The position numbers were made by a program, and so were the translations under genes. This document shows, piece by piece, positions 33,699 to 42,429 of a DNA stretch of 64,000 nucleotides. How positions within the stretch are numbered: the stretch's first letter is position 1; each line of letters begins with the position of its first letter. The notes beneath the pieces are model-generated. The model was given only the letters and a program-made list of their open reading frames with translations. It was not told where the DNA came from and did not search any database. Origin of the DNA: an uncultured Actinomycetes bacterium (lineage in GTDB: Bacteria > Actinomycetota > Actinomycetes > Nanopelagicales > Nanopelagicaceae); assembly GCA_903878415.1 (NCBI GenBank), contig CAIRHO010000004.1, positions 44,831 through 108,830 on the forward strand. Reading direction: 5' to 3'.

Positions 33699-35163
33699 GC
33701 CGCAAAGCTTCCGTTTGCGCTAGCAGAAATTCTTGAAATTTCTTCGCTGAATAATTTTTTTGAAGTACCGATGGTTCAGATTTTATCGAACTAAATCCTA
33801 ATCGCTTAGTGGATTCGCTCAAATTCTTGGTAATTAAAGCATGCGCCAAAATTGCAGATCCACGCGTAGTGGTATCAATATCTTCATATCGGGAGATTTC
33901 TCGCCCCAGCGTTTTCAATCTTATTTTCGCCCACCGTAGATCGTTCCCAGCATGTCCGCCTAGTTTGATCAGGGGGTTTATCGAACCGTTTAAACTTTCA
34001 GATGTTTCAATAACTTGCTTTTCAGCAAAGGAGATACCTTCTAATACCGATGCGGCTAGATCTGATTTATTGGTTTCGCCACCGATCCCATAAAAGCCAC
34101 CTTGCAAATCTGTGCGCCAAAGCGGGGCCCGTTCACCATATATATAAGGTAAAAAGATCGGTAAATCCGTACTTTGGGAGCGTTCCGCCAGGTCAATTAC
34201 CTCGTCTTGCGTGATTTCCAAAAGCGTGGAAATCCAAGAAACCGCGCTGCCGCTCGATTGAGTTGGTCCATATGTGATGGCAAATGGAGCGCAGGTATTA
34301 GGAATTATGTAGAGCGAGCCACCATCTTTAGGCGGCGTTCTGGTTGAGGCGCCAACAATTGCTGAAGTTCCAGTAATAATAAATGAACTTGGCTCGCTCA
34401 TAACGTTTAGAGCAACCATGCCGCACATAGCATCCGACCAACCAATACTTACCGGGATTCCGATTGGAAGTCCAAATTTTTTAGCAGCTGCATCGCTGAC
34501 GCCACCACGACTTTCGTAACCATCACCAAGTTCTGGAACTATTTTTGAATCCCAACCGATAAATTCCAATAAGTTGCTAATTGGTGCGCGCGTTAGCACA
34601 TTACAGATTCCTTTTGAAGACCAAGGATCTGAAATAGCTTTACCAGTTAGATGCATTCCTACAAAATCTTTTGGTTGTAATACCCACCGCGTTTTTTTGA
34701 CAATCTCGGGTTCGTGCCTTGCTAACCAAAATAGTTTTGCTGGGCAAGCGCTCGCTGCCCAAGGTAAAGATGTACCGATAATTTCAATTGGATTTCCATA
34801 CTTGGCTAGTAAATCTTGGGCTTCTTTAGTTGCTCGATTATCTTGCCAAGTCATCACTGGACGTAACGCATTGCCCGCGCTATCTACGCAAACAACCGAA
34901 GGTGTGTGCCCAGAGAGTCCAATTGAAATTACTTTAGAAATTAGATCTGAATTATTTTTTGATATCTCAACAACTGCTTTTAAATAATCTTCAGCGTTCT
35001 GCTCTGCATGTGAAACAGAAGTCGAGGCTGTAGATATTTTAATTTCTACGCGCTTCAAAATCTCGCCAGCATCGTCGATAAAAATAGCCTTAACTGACGA
35101 AGTGCCGAAATCTAATCCAAGGATTAGATTATTAGCCAAGACGACTCCATCGAACAATCGCAT
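33670..35163 (-). CDS. FGGY-family carbohydrate kinase (xylulokinase/sugar-acid kinase-like).
   Basis: LGLDFGTSSVKAIFID is the N-terminal phosphate-1 motif. It has an FGGY_N/FGGY_C layout and is 497 aa. The start is uncertain (ATG 35163 or TTG 35139). Confidence 0.8.
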   Translation of the reverse strand: MRLFDGVVLANNLILGLDFGTSSVKAIFIDDAGEILKRVEIKISTASTSVSHAEQNAEDYLKAVVEISKNNSDLISKVISIGLSGHTPSVVCVDSAGNALRPVMTWQDNRATKEAQDLLAKYGNPIEIIGTSLPWAASACPAKLFWLARHEPEIVKKTRWVLQPKDFVGMHLTGKAISDPWSSKGICNVLTRAPISNLLEFIGWDSKIVPELGDGYESRGGVSDAAAKKFGLPIGIPVSIGWSDAMCGMVALNVMSEPSSFIITGTSAIVGASTRTPPKDGGSLYIIPNTCAPFAITYGPTQSSGSAVSWISTLLEITQDEVIDLAERSQSTDLPIFLPYIYGERAPLWRTDLQGGFYGIGGETNKSDLAASVLEGISFAEKQVIETSESLNGSINPLIKLGGHAGNDLRWAKIRLKTLGREISRYEDIDTTTRGSAILAHALITKNLSESTKRLGFSSIKSEPSVLQKNYSAKKFQEFLLAQTEALRLADYKKGRG

Positions 35164-36340
35164 CTGGCCGCTGATTTATACCTGGTTGTAGCGCGGTGCC
35201 AAGCCCTGGCGTAGATGGTGGCGTCAAGAATCCATTTTCATATTTAGGAAGCACTGTGACCATATCTTGGTACCAGCCATAATAAAAGGCGCGAACCATT
35301 TCTTGTAATTCAACGTTTGGATAAGTCACGCCGAGATGAGTCCCAACCGTTAGTACGACCGGGCCAGTGCAATCATGCGGCGCAACCGGAACGCCATAGG
35401 TAGAAGCTAGCGCTATAACTTTTGAAGCTTCAGTAATACCGCCGACCCATCCTGGATCTAACATCAAGTGGTCAACCGCTTTCGATGAAAGCAATCGGTG
35501 ATGATCCCAACGAGTACCAGTAGTTTCACCAACCGTAATCGGTAAATTAATTGAATTTTTAAGACGGATTAACGCATCAGTACTTTCATTGCGAATTGGA
35601 TCTTCAAACCAGAACGGCGAATATTCCTCAACTGCATTAGCAATTATGGTTGCAGCTGGAGTTGACCAGAGCGAATGCATCTCTAACATGATGTCGAAAT
35701 CATCACCAGCGGCGACTCGTGCGCGTTTAAATAAATCCACCGCTTCCCATAAATCTTTCTTATGAATTGTTTGGCCGCCAGATCTAATAGCCGCTTCATC
35801 AAATGGCCAAATCTTCATCGCGGTCATCCCCATTGCCTTAAGGCTGGCCACTAAATCTTCTGGGTTATTTAAGAATGCAAAAAGATCCTCATATTCGTGA
35901 TCGGTAACAGTTCCGAGTTGAGCTTTACGATTCCTATCGATGTTGGAGGAACCTTTAGCGTAAGCAGAACCAGCACAAGTGTTGTAAGCGCGAATTTTAT
36001 CGCGCACCTTTCCACCGAGCAATTGATAAATTGGCTGCCCAGTTACTTGACCAAATAAGTCCCAAAGCGCGATATCTATTGACGATGTAGCTCGGACAGC
36101 GATGGAAGAGCCATTAAAACCAATAAAGTCTTGGTGTAAAACCTCGTGGATTTCATTGATATTTAGCGGGTTCTTTCCTAAAAGCCGCGGCGCAACGCTT
36201 TCATGTAGAAAAGTTTCAACGCTCTCGACGCCAACACAATTTTCACCAAGACCGATTAAACCTTCATCGGTATGAACTTGTAAAAACAAGATCGCTGGAA
36301 ATTCTGCTAAGCGAATAGTTTCTAACCCGGTAACTTTCAT
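35132..36340 (-). CDS. Enolase-superfamily (mandelate racemase/muconate lactonizing enzyme) sugar-acid dehydratase.
   Basis: MKVTGLETIRL...VHTDEGLIGLGE is the capping domain. The barrel has DIMLEMH, FEDP and GET metal-ligand contexts. The ATG at 36340 is preceded by a GGAG Shine-Dalgarno, and the ORF's TTG at 36343 is one codon upstream. Confidence 0.8.
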   Translation of the reverse strand: MKVTGLETIRLAEFPAILFLQVHTDEGLIGLGENCVGVESVETFLHESVAPRLLGKNPLNINEIHEVLHQDFIGFNGSSIAVRATSSIDIALWDLFGQVTGQPIYQLLGGKVRDKIRAYNTCAGSAYAKGSSNIDRNRKAQLGTVTDHEYEDLFAFLNNPEDLVASLKAMGMTAMKIWPFDEAAIRSGGQTIHKKDLWEAVDLFKRARVAAGDDFDIMLEMHSLWSTPAATIIANAVEEYSPFWFEDPIRNESTDALIRLKNSINLPITVGETTGTRWDHHRLLSSKAVDHLMLDPGWVGGITEASKVIALASTYGVPVAPHDCTGPVVLTVGTHLGVTYPNVELQEMVRAFYYGWYQDMVTVLPKYENGFLTPPSTPGLGTALQPGINQRPDAIVRWSRLG

Positions 36341-36437
36341 CAAAATTCTCCGTTCAGATATTGATTTCTAACGCAATCGCAGATACCCTCAATTGTTAAT
36401 TGTTAACGATAACGCGCAATCAGTCAAGGGGTAAACC

Positions 36438-37451
36438 ATGTCAGATCAAGTAAAAAACATTGGAGTATCAAGAGCCGAAGTTCTCGCTACCTCAGCGAAA
36501 ATATTGGAGAAGTTCGGAACCCCTAAAATTTATGCTGATTCAGTTGCCGAGTCATTAGTGCAAGCGCAAGAGGCGGGGCATGCCTCTCACGGAATAATTC
36601 GGTTGATTGAGTATACGAATTCAATCGAAAAGAAAGTGATTGACCCAGCAGCAGTACCAACAATTGTTCGCGAAACTGGCGGCACTGTTGTGGTGGATGG
36701 GCATTGGGGCTGGGGACAGATCGCCTGCAAATTCGCGGTAGAGGTTGCGGCTAAAAAAGCAAAAGAATTTGGCATCAGTGCAATCTCAATTAGTTCATGT
36801 AATCATATTGGTCGCTTAGGTGAATACATTGAAACACTTGCCAGCATGAATTTAATATCAATGATGTGGTGCAATGCAGATCCTGCAGTTGCTGCCTTTG
36901 GTGGTAAAGATCGTTTATTTGGTACAAATCCGCTTGCGGTTGGGATACCTTCGAATGACGTTCCAGTTGTAATTGATTTGGCAACTGCCGCTAGCGCAGA
37001 AGGAAAGTTACGAGTAGCTCGCGCAAACGGCAGCAAAATTCCATTAGGAACTGTTATTGATAAAGATGGAAATGAATCTACAAATCCAGATGATTTTTAT
37101 ACTGGTGGAGCGATACTTCCATTCGGTGGCCATAAAGGCTATTGCGTGAGCCTAATGATTGAGCTTTTGGGCGGTGCGCTATCGGGAAATCATCCTTCAA
37201 TGAACGCTGGATATTCACATGGATATGGCACCGTACTAATTGCAATTGATCCAGATAAGTTTTTTGGCACAGGATTTTTTAAGGATGAAATTTCGGAAGC
37301 AACAAAAGCGATTAGATCTACTACGCCAGCAAATCCAGAGCGCCCAGTATTAGTACCGGGAGATGTTGAAAATAACGAACGAAAAAAGAATAAAGCGGCG
37401 ATTCAAATATCAGAAGCTATTTGGAGTTCAATAAAAGAACTTAGCGCTTAG
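36438..37451 (+). CDS. Ldh_2 family (malate/L-lactate/L-sulfolactate dehydrogenase type 2) oxidoreductase.
   Basis: Family hallmarks are HGIIRLIEY, GHWGWGQ, NHIGRLGEY, FGTNP and FGGHKGY. Length is 337 aa. Confidence 0.8.
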   Translation: MSDQVKNIGVSRAEVLATSAKILEKFGTPKIYADSVAESLVQAQEAGHASHGIIRLIEYTNSIEKKVIDPAAVPTIVRETGGTVVVDGHWGWGQIACKFAVEVAAKKAKEFGISAISISSCNHIGRLGEYIETLASMNLISMMWCNADPAVAAFGGKDRLFGTNPLAVGIPSNDVPVVIDLATAASAEGKLRVARANGSKIPLGTVIDKDGNESTNPDDFYTGGAILPFGGHKGYCVSLMIELLGGALSGNHPSMNAGYSHGYGTVLIAIDPDKFFGTGFFKDEISEATKAIRSTTPANPERPVLVPGDVENNERKKNKAAIQISEAIWSSIKELSA

Positions 37452-38163
37452 CGACTCTCTTTTTTGGCTTAGGTTCTTCGACAAAGTGAGTAGCGACTCG
37501 AGCCAAACCGCGTTCTACGTGGCCAAGTACAGTCTCTTTTGCTTTTTCGACCTGCTTATTTCTAATAACTTCCACAAATACTTTGTGGTCGGGGCCCCAT
37601 TGAGGCAAAAATACTTTATTGATTTTTCCATCTTGCGACCAGGTGTAGACCAAGAACGCATGAATTTGCGAACGTAGAACTTCCCAAGTTTTAAATAGAC
37701 GTTCATGATGGGCTGCAGCAAATAGCGCAGTGTGGAATTCCAAATCTAACCGGCTGACTTCACGAGGCGTCCGTTGTTTTTCACTTAACTTACTGTATAC
37801 ATTTAGGATTTCTTCCATTGCTTTCAAATCTGAAGCGGTGGCGTTCTTGCAGGCCCACTCAATGGCTAGAACTTCTAGCGCGCTTCGCATCGAATAGATC
37901 TCTTGAATGTCAGTGTCATCCCATGACGCCACTCGCGCGCCTTTATGTCGCTCTATAGTTACTAAACCTTCGCGATCTAACCGCATTAGGGCTTCGCGAA
38001 TTGGTCCGCGTGATACGCCCATCTGTAACGCTAATTCATCTTCAGCTATTCGACGACCCGGTTCTAAATCATGCGAAATAATTGCATCGCGTAAATCATC
38101 AGTTACGACATCGGAAAGTACCCGACGTGAAGCGAGGCCAAGTCCTAGAGGTTTAAGTGCCAT
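37441..38163 (-). CDS. GntR-family transcriptional regulator (FadR/FCD subfamily).
   Basis: The N-terminal winged HTH (LRDAIISHDLEPGRRIAEDELALQMGVSRGPIREALMRL) is followed by an all-helical FCD-like C-terminal domain. Length is 240 aa. Confidence 0.85.
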   Translation of the reverse strand: MALKPLGLGLASRRVLSDVVTDDLRDAIISHDLEPGRRIAEDELALQMGVSRGPIREALMRLDREGLVTIERHKGARVASWDDTDIQEIYSMRSALEVLAIEWACKNATASDLKAMEEILNVYSKLSEKQRTPREVSRLDLEFHTALFAAAHHERLFKTWEVLRSQIHAFLVYTWSQDGKINKVFLPQWGPDHKVFVEVIRNKQVEKAKETVLGHVERGLARVATHFVEEPKPKKRVAKR

Positions 38164-38182
38164 TTTATTACTCCCGTTAAAC

Positions 38183-38200
38183 TGTTGTTTGTAAACAACA
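38183..38200. promoter_or_regulatory. Candidate GntR autoregulatory operator, an 18-bp palindrome.
   Basis: TGTTGTTT-gt-AAACAACA has perfect 8-bp arms and lies 20-37 nt upstream of the gntR-family start codon. It contains a TGTAAACA core (GT-Nx-AC type). Confidence 0.4.
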
Positions 38201-38284
38201 ATAGACCAGTCGTGCCATTACCGCATGGCGAAATAGGTGAGATAGCACCGAAAAGAGCAAGTATTACGCTGACAAAACGGACTT

Positions 38285-39097
38285 TTAGTAATCTCCGAGG
38301 GTTCCGCCAGCGTTATAGGCAAGGTTTCCACCATCAACTGGAAGGATCGTTCCGGTCACCATTGCGGCGGCATCGCTAGCCAAGAAGTGCACTGCGTGAG
38401 CGATATCTTCAGGTTCAGCAACTCGTCCCATTGGAATTCCGCGAACTAATAACTCCATTAACGGTTTCGCTTTTTCGCCTTCAGTCTCAACCCATTTGCG
38501 CCAACCAGGAGTATTTACCGAGCAAGGTTGAATCGCATTGACGCGAATTTTTGATTTTGCCCATTCAATTGCAAGCTCACGGGTCATCTGGTTAACGCCA
38601 CCTTTAGCAACGCTGTAAGCGAAGTTACCGCGACCAATTGCGGAGCTACCAGCAATTGAACTTATATTTACAATTGCGCCAGGCTTTTTTGCAGCAATAA
38701 CCAATTTAGAAAACTCGCGGGCGTTTAGGAAGTATCCAGTTAACGAAGTTCCGATAACGGTATCCCAGATTTCAAGAGTTGTGTCTTGCGGTGGTGTGTG
38801 AGTTCCAGCAGCAGCGTTATTTATCAAGATGTCAGCCATACCGAACTCTTTAGCAACAAACTTAAAGAGCGCAATCACATCAGCTTCAACGCTGGAATTT
38901 GCCTTGAATGTAACGGCGGAAACTCCACGAGCTGCTAGTTCTGCTTTGCCGGCAGCAAGACCGACTTCGTCGATATCAGCCATTATTAATTTGGCACCAT
39001 CGCCACCAAGTTGTCGGCAAACTTCCATACCGATTCCGCCAGCAGCGCCGGTAATTACGATTACTTTGCCATCTAAACTAAAAGCGTTTTTACTCAT
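38285..39097 (-). CDS. SDR family oxidoreductase.
   Basis: It has a TGAAGGIG motif and a YSVAK catalytic motif and is 270 aa. It is the last gene of the E1/lipoyl operon. Confidence 0.85.
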   Translation of the reverse strand: MSKNAFSLDGKVIVITGAAGGIGMEVCRQLGGDGAKLIMADIDEVGLAAGKAELAARGVSAVTFKANSSVEADVIALFKFVAKEFGMADILINNAAAGTHTPPQDTTLEIWDTVIGTSLTGYFLNAREFSKLVIAAKKPGAIVNISSIAGSSAIGRGNFAYSVAKGGVNQMTRELAIEWAKSKIRVNAIQPCSVNTPGWRKWVETEGEKAKPLMELLVRGIPMGRVAEPEDIAHAVHFLASDAAAMVTGTILPVDGGNLAYNAGGTLGDY

Positions 39098-39110
39098 TTT
39101 CTTTTCCTTT

Positions 39111-40097
39111 TTAGTAAGACATCACTTGTTTTACGGCTTTTGATATTTGATCCACTGAAGGAATTGCAGCCTCAGACATTGCTGGGTTTGCACTTAGCGG
39201 TGCCCGAACTGCGCCAACTCTAACAATTGGACCCTTTAACGATTTGAAATTGCGCTCAGAAGCAGTAGCCGCAATTTCTGCAGTAATAGAACCAAATAAT
39301 GGCGCTTCATCTAGTACGACTACGCGACCAAATTTTGTAACTGCCGCGTCAATGGCATCCTGATCAATTGGATAAAGAGTACGTAAATCAATGACTTCTA
39401 CCGATATTCCTTCTGCCTCCAGAGCTTGCGCCGCTTTAGTTGCAGTTACAGCAGAATAACCGTAAGTGATGATTGCGGCATCTTTACCAGCCTTAATCGT
39501 TTTGGCTTTACCAAATGGCACAAAGTAATTCTCGTCGCCAATTTCGCCACGGATACCGGACAACTTTTTATGCATTAAGAATATGACTGGGTCTTCGTTA
39601 CGAAGCGCAGTCTTAATTAGACCCTTCACATCCATAGGAGTTGAAGGAACTGCAAGAGAAAGCCCAGCGGTATGCGCGAAGAAAGATTCGAGCGAGTTGC
39701 AATGGTGAGCGCCACCAAGAGCGACCCCAGAAGTTGCTCTAATTACAAGCGGAACTGGCCGATCAAACATAAATCGAATTTTTGCCGCTTGGTTAATAAT
39801 TTCATCCATTGCACCAAGTGAGAAATCGATGAAATTTAAATCCACAATTGGATGGCATCCGTACATAGCGGCGCCCATACCTGCTGCAACCATCGCAGCT
39901 TCAGAGATAGGTGCATCTCGAACTTGTTTAAGACCGAATTCTTGCGCGATGCCTTTTACTTGCGCAAAATGGCCACCACGTTCTACCAAGTCGGTACCGA
40001 GAATAAATATTTTCTTATTGCGGTTCATCTCTTCGCGCACGCCAGATTGGAATGCTTCAGAATAGGTTGGGGTAACGGCCTTTACCTCAGTTGTCAT
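39111..40097 (-). CDS. 2-oxoacid (pyruvate/acetoin-type) dehydrogenase E1 component, beta subunit.
   Basis: It has transketolase pyrimidine-binding and C-terminal domains and is 328 aa. Its start overlaps the E1 alpha stop (ATGA at 40094-40097). Confidence 0.85.
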   Translation of the reverse strand: MTTEVKAVTPTYSEAFQSGVREEMNRNKKIFILGTDLVERGGHFAQVKGIAQEFGLKQVRDAPISEAAMVAAGMGAAMYGCHPIVDLNFIDFSLGAMDEIINQAAKIRFMFDRPVPLVIRATSGVALGGAHHCNSLESFFAHTAGLSLAVPSTPMDVKGLIKTALRNEDPVIFLMHKKLSGIRGEIGDENYFVPFGKAKTIKAGKDAAIITYGYSAVTATKAAQALEAEGISVEVIDLRTLYPIDQDAIDAAVTKFGRVVVLDEAPLFGSITAEIAATASERNFKSLKGPIVRVGAVRAPLSANPAMSEAAIPSVDQISKAVKQVMSY

Positions 40098-41080
40098 AGT
40101 TGTACTCCTAACTTTCCTGAATCTACCCCTTGGGTGATCGATGCAATTTCTGGCTCTGGTGAAGATTCGGCGAAAGCAACGGCTTCTTCAATTTCCTTAC
40201 GAACCGAAGCGCGCAGTTCTTCGACTTCAGCTTGAGTGGCAAATCCAGAAGAGATAACTACTTCAGTAAATTTATCGATTGGATCTTGAGTGGTTCGCCA
40301 TTGGGCGATTTCTTCTTGAGTTCGGTATTGCCCTTTTTCGCCTACGTTATGGCCGTAATACCGATATGTAAGCGCATTTATGAAGGTTGGACCCTCGCCG
40401 GCAAGCGCTCGCTCCCGGGCCTCGGAAACATACTTACGAACTTCAAGCACATCTTGACCATCGATGTTGTAGGCGGGTAATCCGAATCCAGATGCGCGCT
40501 TAGCTAGATCGCCGCCGCCAGTTACTCGGCCAACGAAAGTTTCCACCGCATATTGGTTGTTATCAACCAAAATAATTAAGGGGAGCTTCCAAATCGAAGC
40601 CATGTTAATGGATTCCCAAGTTCTACCGGTGTTCATACCACCGTCACCAACGAAACCAACCGCAATTTTCTTATCGCCGATATGTTGAATACCAAGGGCA
40701 GCCCCCATTGCAATTCCAACACCAGCACCAACAATTCCATTGCCACCGAAATGGCCTTCGGTAACTTCAGCTAAGTGCATCGATCCACCGCGTCCATGTG
40801 AAATTCCAGTTGATTTGGCGAACAACTCCGCCATAACAGATTTCGCAGAATAACCTTTTGCAAGAGTGTGGTGATGAGATCTATGCGTTGTGGCGATCAC
40901 GTCATCTTTTGCAATCGCAGACAAAGTTCCGACCGCGACCGCTTCTTGGCCGGAGGAGTTATGCATTCCGCCCGGGACCTTTCCGCGCAAACATAATTTA
41001 TCGGCAGTCTCTTCAAAATCTCGGATCACCATCATCTGACGCAATAGCGCTAACGCAGTGCTCTTATCTAACTTTGACAT
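40094..41080 (-). CDS. 2-oxoacid (pyruvate/acetoin-type) dehydrogenase E1 component, alpha subunit (TPP-binding).
   Basis: It has the TPP motif region GDGGMNTGRTWESINMA...NN (GDG...NN) and is 328 aa. Confidence 0.85.
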   Translation of the reverse strand: MSKLDKSTALALLRQMMVIRDFEETADKLCLRGKVPGGMHNSSGQEAVAVGTLSAIAKDDVIATTHRSHHHTLAKGYSAKSVMAELFAKSTGISHGRGGSMHLAEVTEGHFGGNGIVGAGVGIAMGAALGIQHIGDKKIAVGFVGDGGMNTGRTWESINMASIWKLPLIILVDNNQYAVETFVGRVTGGGDLAKRASGFGLPAYNIDGQDVLEVRKYVSEARERALAGEGPTFINALTYRYYGHNVGEKGQYRTQEEIAQWRTTQDPIDKFTEVVISSGFATQAEVEELRASVRKEIEEAVAFAESSPEPEIASITQGVDSGKLGVQL

Positions 41081-41083
41081 TAA

Positions 41084-41332
41084 CTACTCCACTTCGCCAG
41101 GTGCAAGCACCACAGCAATCGTATTTCCGGCAGGTACTTCTGTATTTGCGGCGTATCTATGTTTTCCGAGCACTCCTGATGTTTCAGCAGGTAAATCTAA
41201 AGTTGTCTTGTCAGTTTCAATTACGGCAACTACATCGCCGGCGTTTACTACATCGCCTGGCTGTTTCAACCATTCGAGCAACATTGCGTTATCCATCGCC
41301 ATCCCAAGTGCTGGCACAAATATCTCTTCCAT
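41084..41332 (-). CDS. Stand-alone lipoyl-attachment domain protein (82 aa).
   Basis: It has the biotinyl/lipoyl fold signature with the lipoyl-lysine motif VIETDKTTLDLPAE. A strong AAGGAG Shine-Dalgarno precedes it. It ends 3 nt before the E1 alpha start, and no E2 catalytic domain is attached. Confidence 0.8.
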   Translation of the reverse strand: MEEIFVPALGMAMDNAMLLEWLKQPGDVVNAGDVVAVIETDKTTLDLPAETSGVLGKHRYAANTEVPAGNTIAVVLAPGEVE

Positions 41333-41351
41333 TTATATATCTCCTTTATAT

Positions 41352-42323
41352 CTAGAAAGGGCCAGCTGCGAATTTGCCATTGCTAATCGTCTGTTTTGTA
41401 ATGAAATTTACTGCGTCCATTAATCCCCATTCGACTAAGCGAGGGCCTGAACTTTTCGAGTACCAAGCTATATGTGGCGAAAGTAATAAATTCTTGGTTT
41501 TACGAATTGGGGCATCTTCGGCTAACGGTTCCTTCTCAAATACATCGAGACCAGCTCCATCTAAGTGGCCACTTTCCAGTGCTTCCATTAACGCAGATTC
41601 GTCAATTAATCCACCGCGCGAAACGTTAACTAAAATCGACCCTTTTTGCATAAGCGCTAATTCGCGCTTGCCGATCATGTGGTGCGTTGATGGCATATAA
41701 GGAGCATGCATGCTTATAACTTTGCATTTTGTTAATAGCTCATCAAGATTTTTTGTCATGGTTACACCAGGAATGGCTTCATTAACTGCAGGGTCAAATC
41801 CAATTACATCTTTAACAAATGGTTGCATTTTCTTAATAAATGTTTGACCGATTCGACCGCATCCAATTACACCTAGCGTTGAATCTTGCAAAGAGGTAAT
41901 TTCGGCGATCTGAGTTGCTGGAATCCATTTACCATCCTGCGTAGTAGTGGTTGCTTGATAAATTCCTCGATGAAGTGCTAGCGCCATCGCAGCAGCATGG
42001 TTTGCAACTTCGTTATATGCATAAGTAGGTTGGAAAATTACCGGCAATTTATATTTTGCAGCAGCAACCAAATCAATGCTATCCAAGCCAACACCTAGTC
42101 GGCTAATGCACTTTACCGATTCCGGCATTTGTGAAATTTTCTCTTCAGTCATTTTATGAAGCGCTACAACTACAGCTGCACAATCTTTAGCAGTGGCTTG
42201 TAATTCTGCGAGCGTATCAACGGGGCCAAATACAACTTCAAAGTCGAATTTTTCAGAAACCGAAGTTGCCCAAGTTGGGTCGGCAAGCGCGCCTTCGGCA
42301 ATGGCAATTTTAACTTTTGGCAT
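41352..42323 (-). CDS. D-isomer-specific 2-hydroxyacid dehydrogenase (NAD-binding; phosphoglycerate/glyoxylate reductase-like).
   Basis: It has GVIGCGRIGQ Rossmann, SMHAPYMPSTHHMIG and ARGGLIDE-type (SRGGLIDE) motifs. The ATG at 42323 is preceded by AAGGAG, and the ORF's TTG at 42326 is one codon upstream. Confidence 0.85.
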   Translation of the reverse strand: MPKVKIAIAEGALADPTWATSVSEKFDFEVVFGPVDTLAELQATAKDCAAVVVALHKMTEEKISQMPESVKCISRLGVGLDSIDLVAAAKYKLPVIFQPTYAYNEVANHAAAMALALHRGIYQATTTTQDGKWIPATQIAEITSLQDSTLGVIGCGRIGQTFIKKMQPFVKDVIGFDPAVNEAIPGVTMTKNLDELLTKCKVISMHAPYMPSTHHMIGKRELALMQKGSILVNVSRGGLIDESALMEALESGHLDGAGLDVFEKEPLAEDAPIRKTKNLLLSPHIAWYSKSSGPRLVEWGLMDAVNFITKQTISNGKFAAGPF

Positions 42324-42355
42324 CAATTTCTCCTTGGATAAGCTCAGGGGTTTAC

Positions 42356-42363
42356 TGTATACA
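42356..42363. promoter_or_regulatory. Candidate GntR-type operator core TGTATACA in a divergent promoter region.
   Basis: This perfect 8-bp palindrome lies between the minus-strand E1/lipoyl operon (start 42323) and the plus-strand FAH operon (start 42430). TGTATACA is the core of classical GntR operators. Confidence 0.35.
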
Positions 42364-42429
42364 ATTTGCCATCTGAGGGGTAGTCTTTCGGCATATCAAT
42401 TTCGCCAAGCCCACTAGAGAGGAATAATC

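Noticed and set aside
40858-41423. Plus-strand ORFs of 165 aa (40858..41355) and 121 aa (41058..41423) lie opposite the E1 alpha and lipoyl genes.
   Set aside because: They fully overlap minus-strand genes that carry unmistakable TPP and lipoyl motifs and good Shine-Dalgarno sites. The plus-strand translations have no recognisable motifs.
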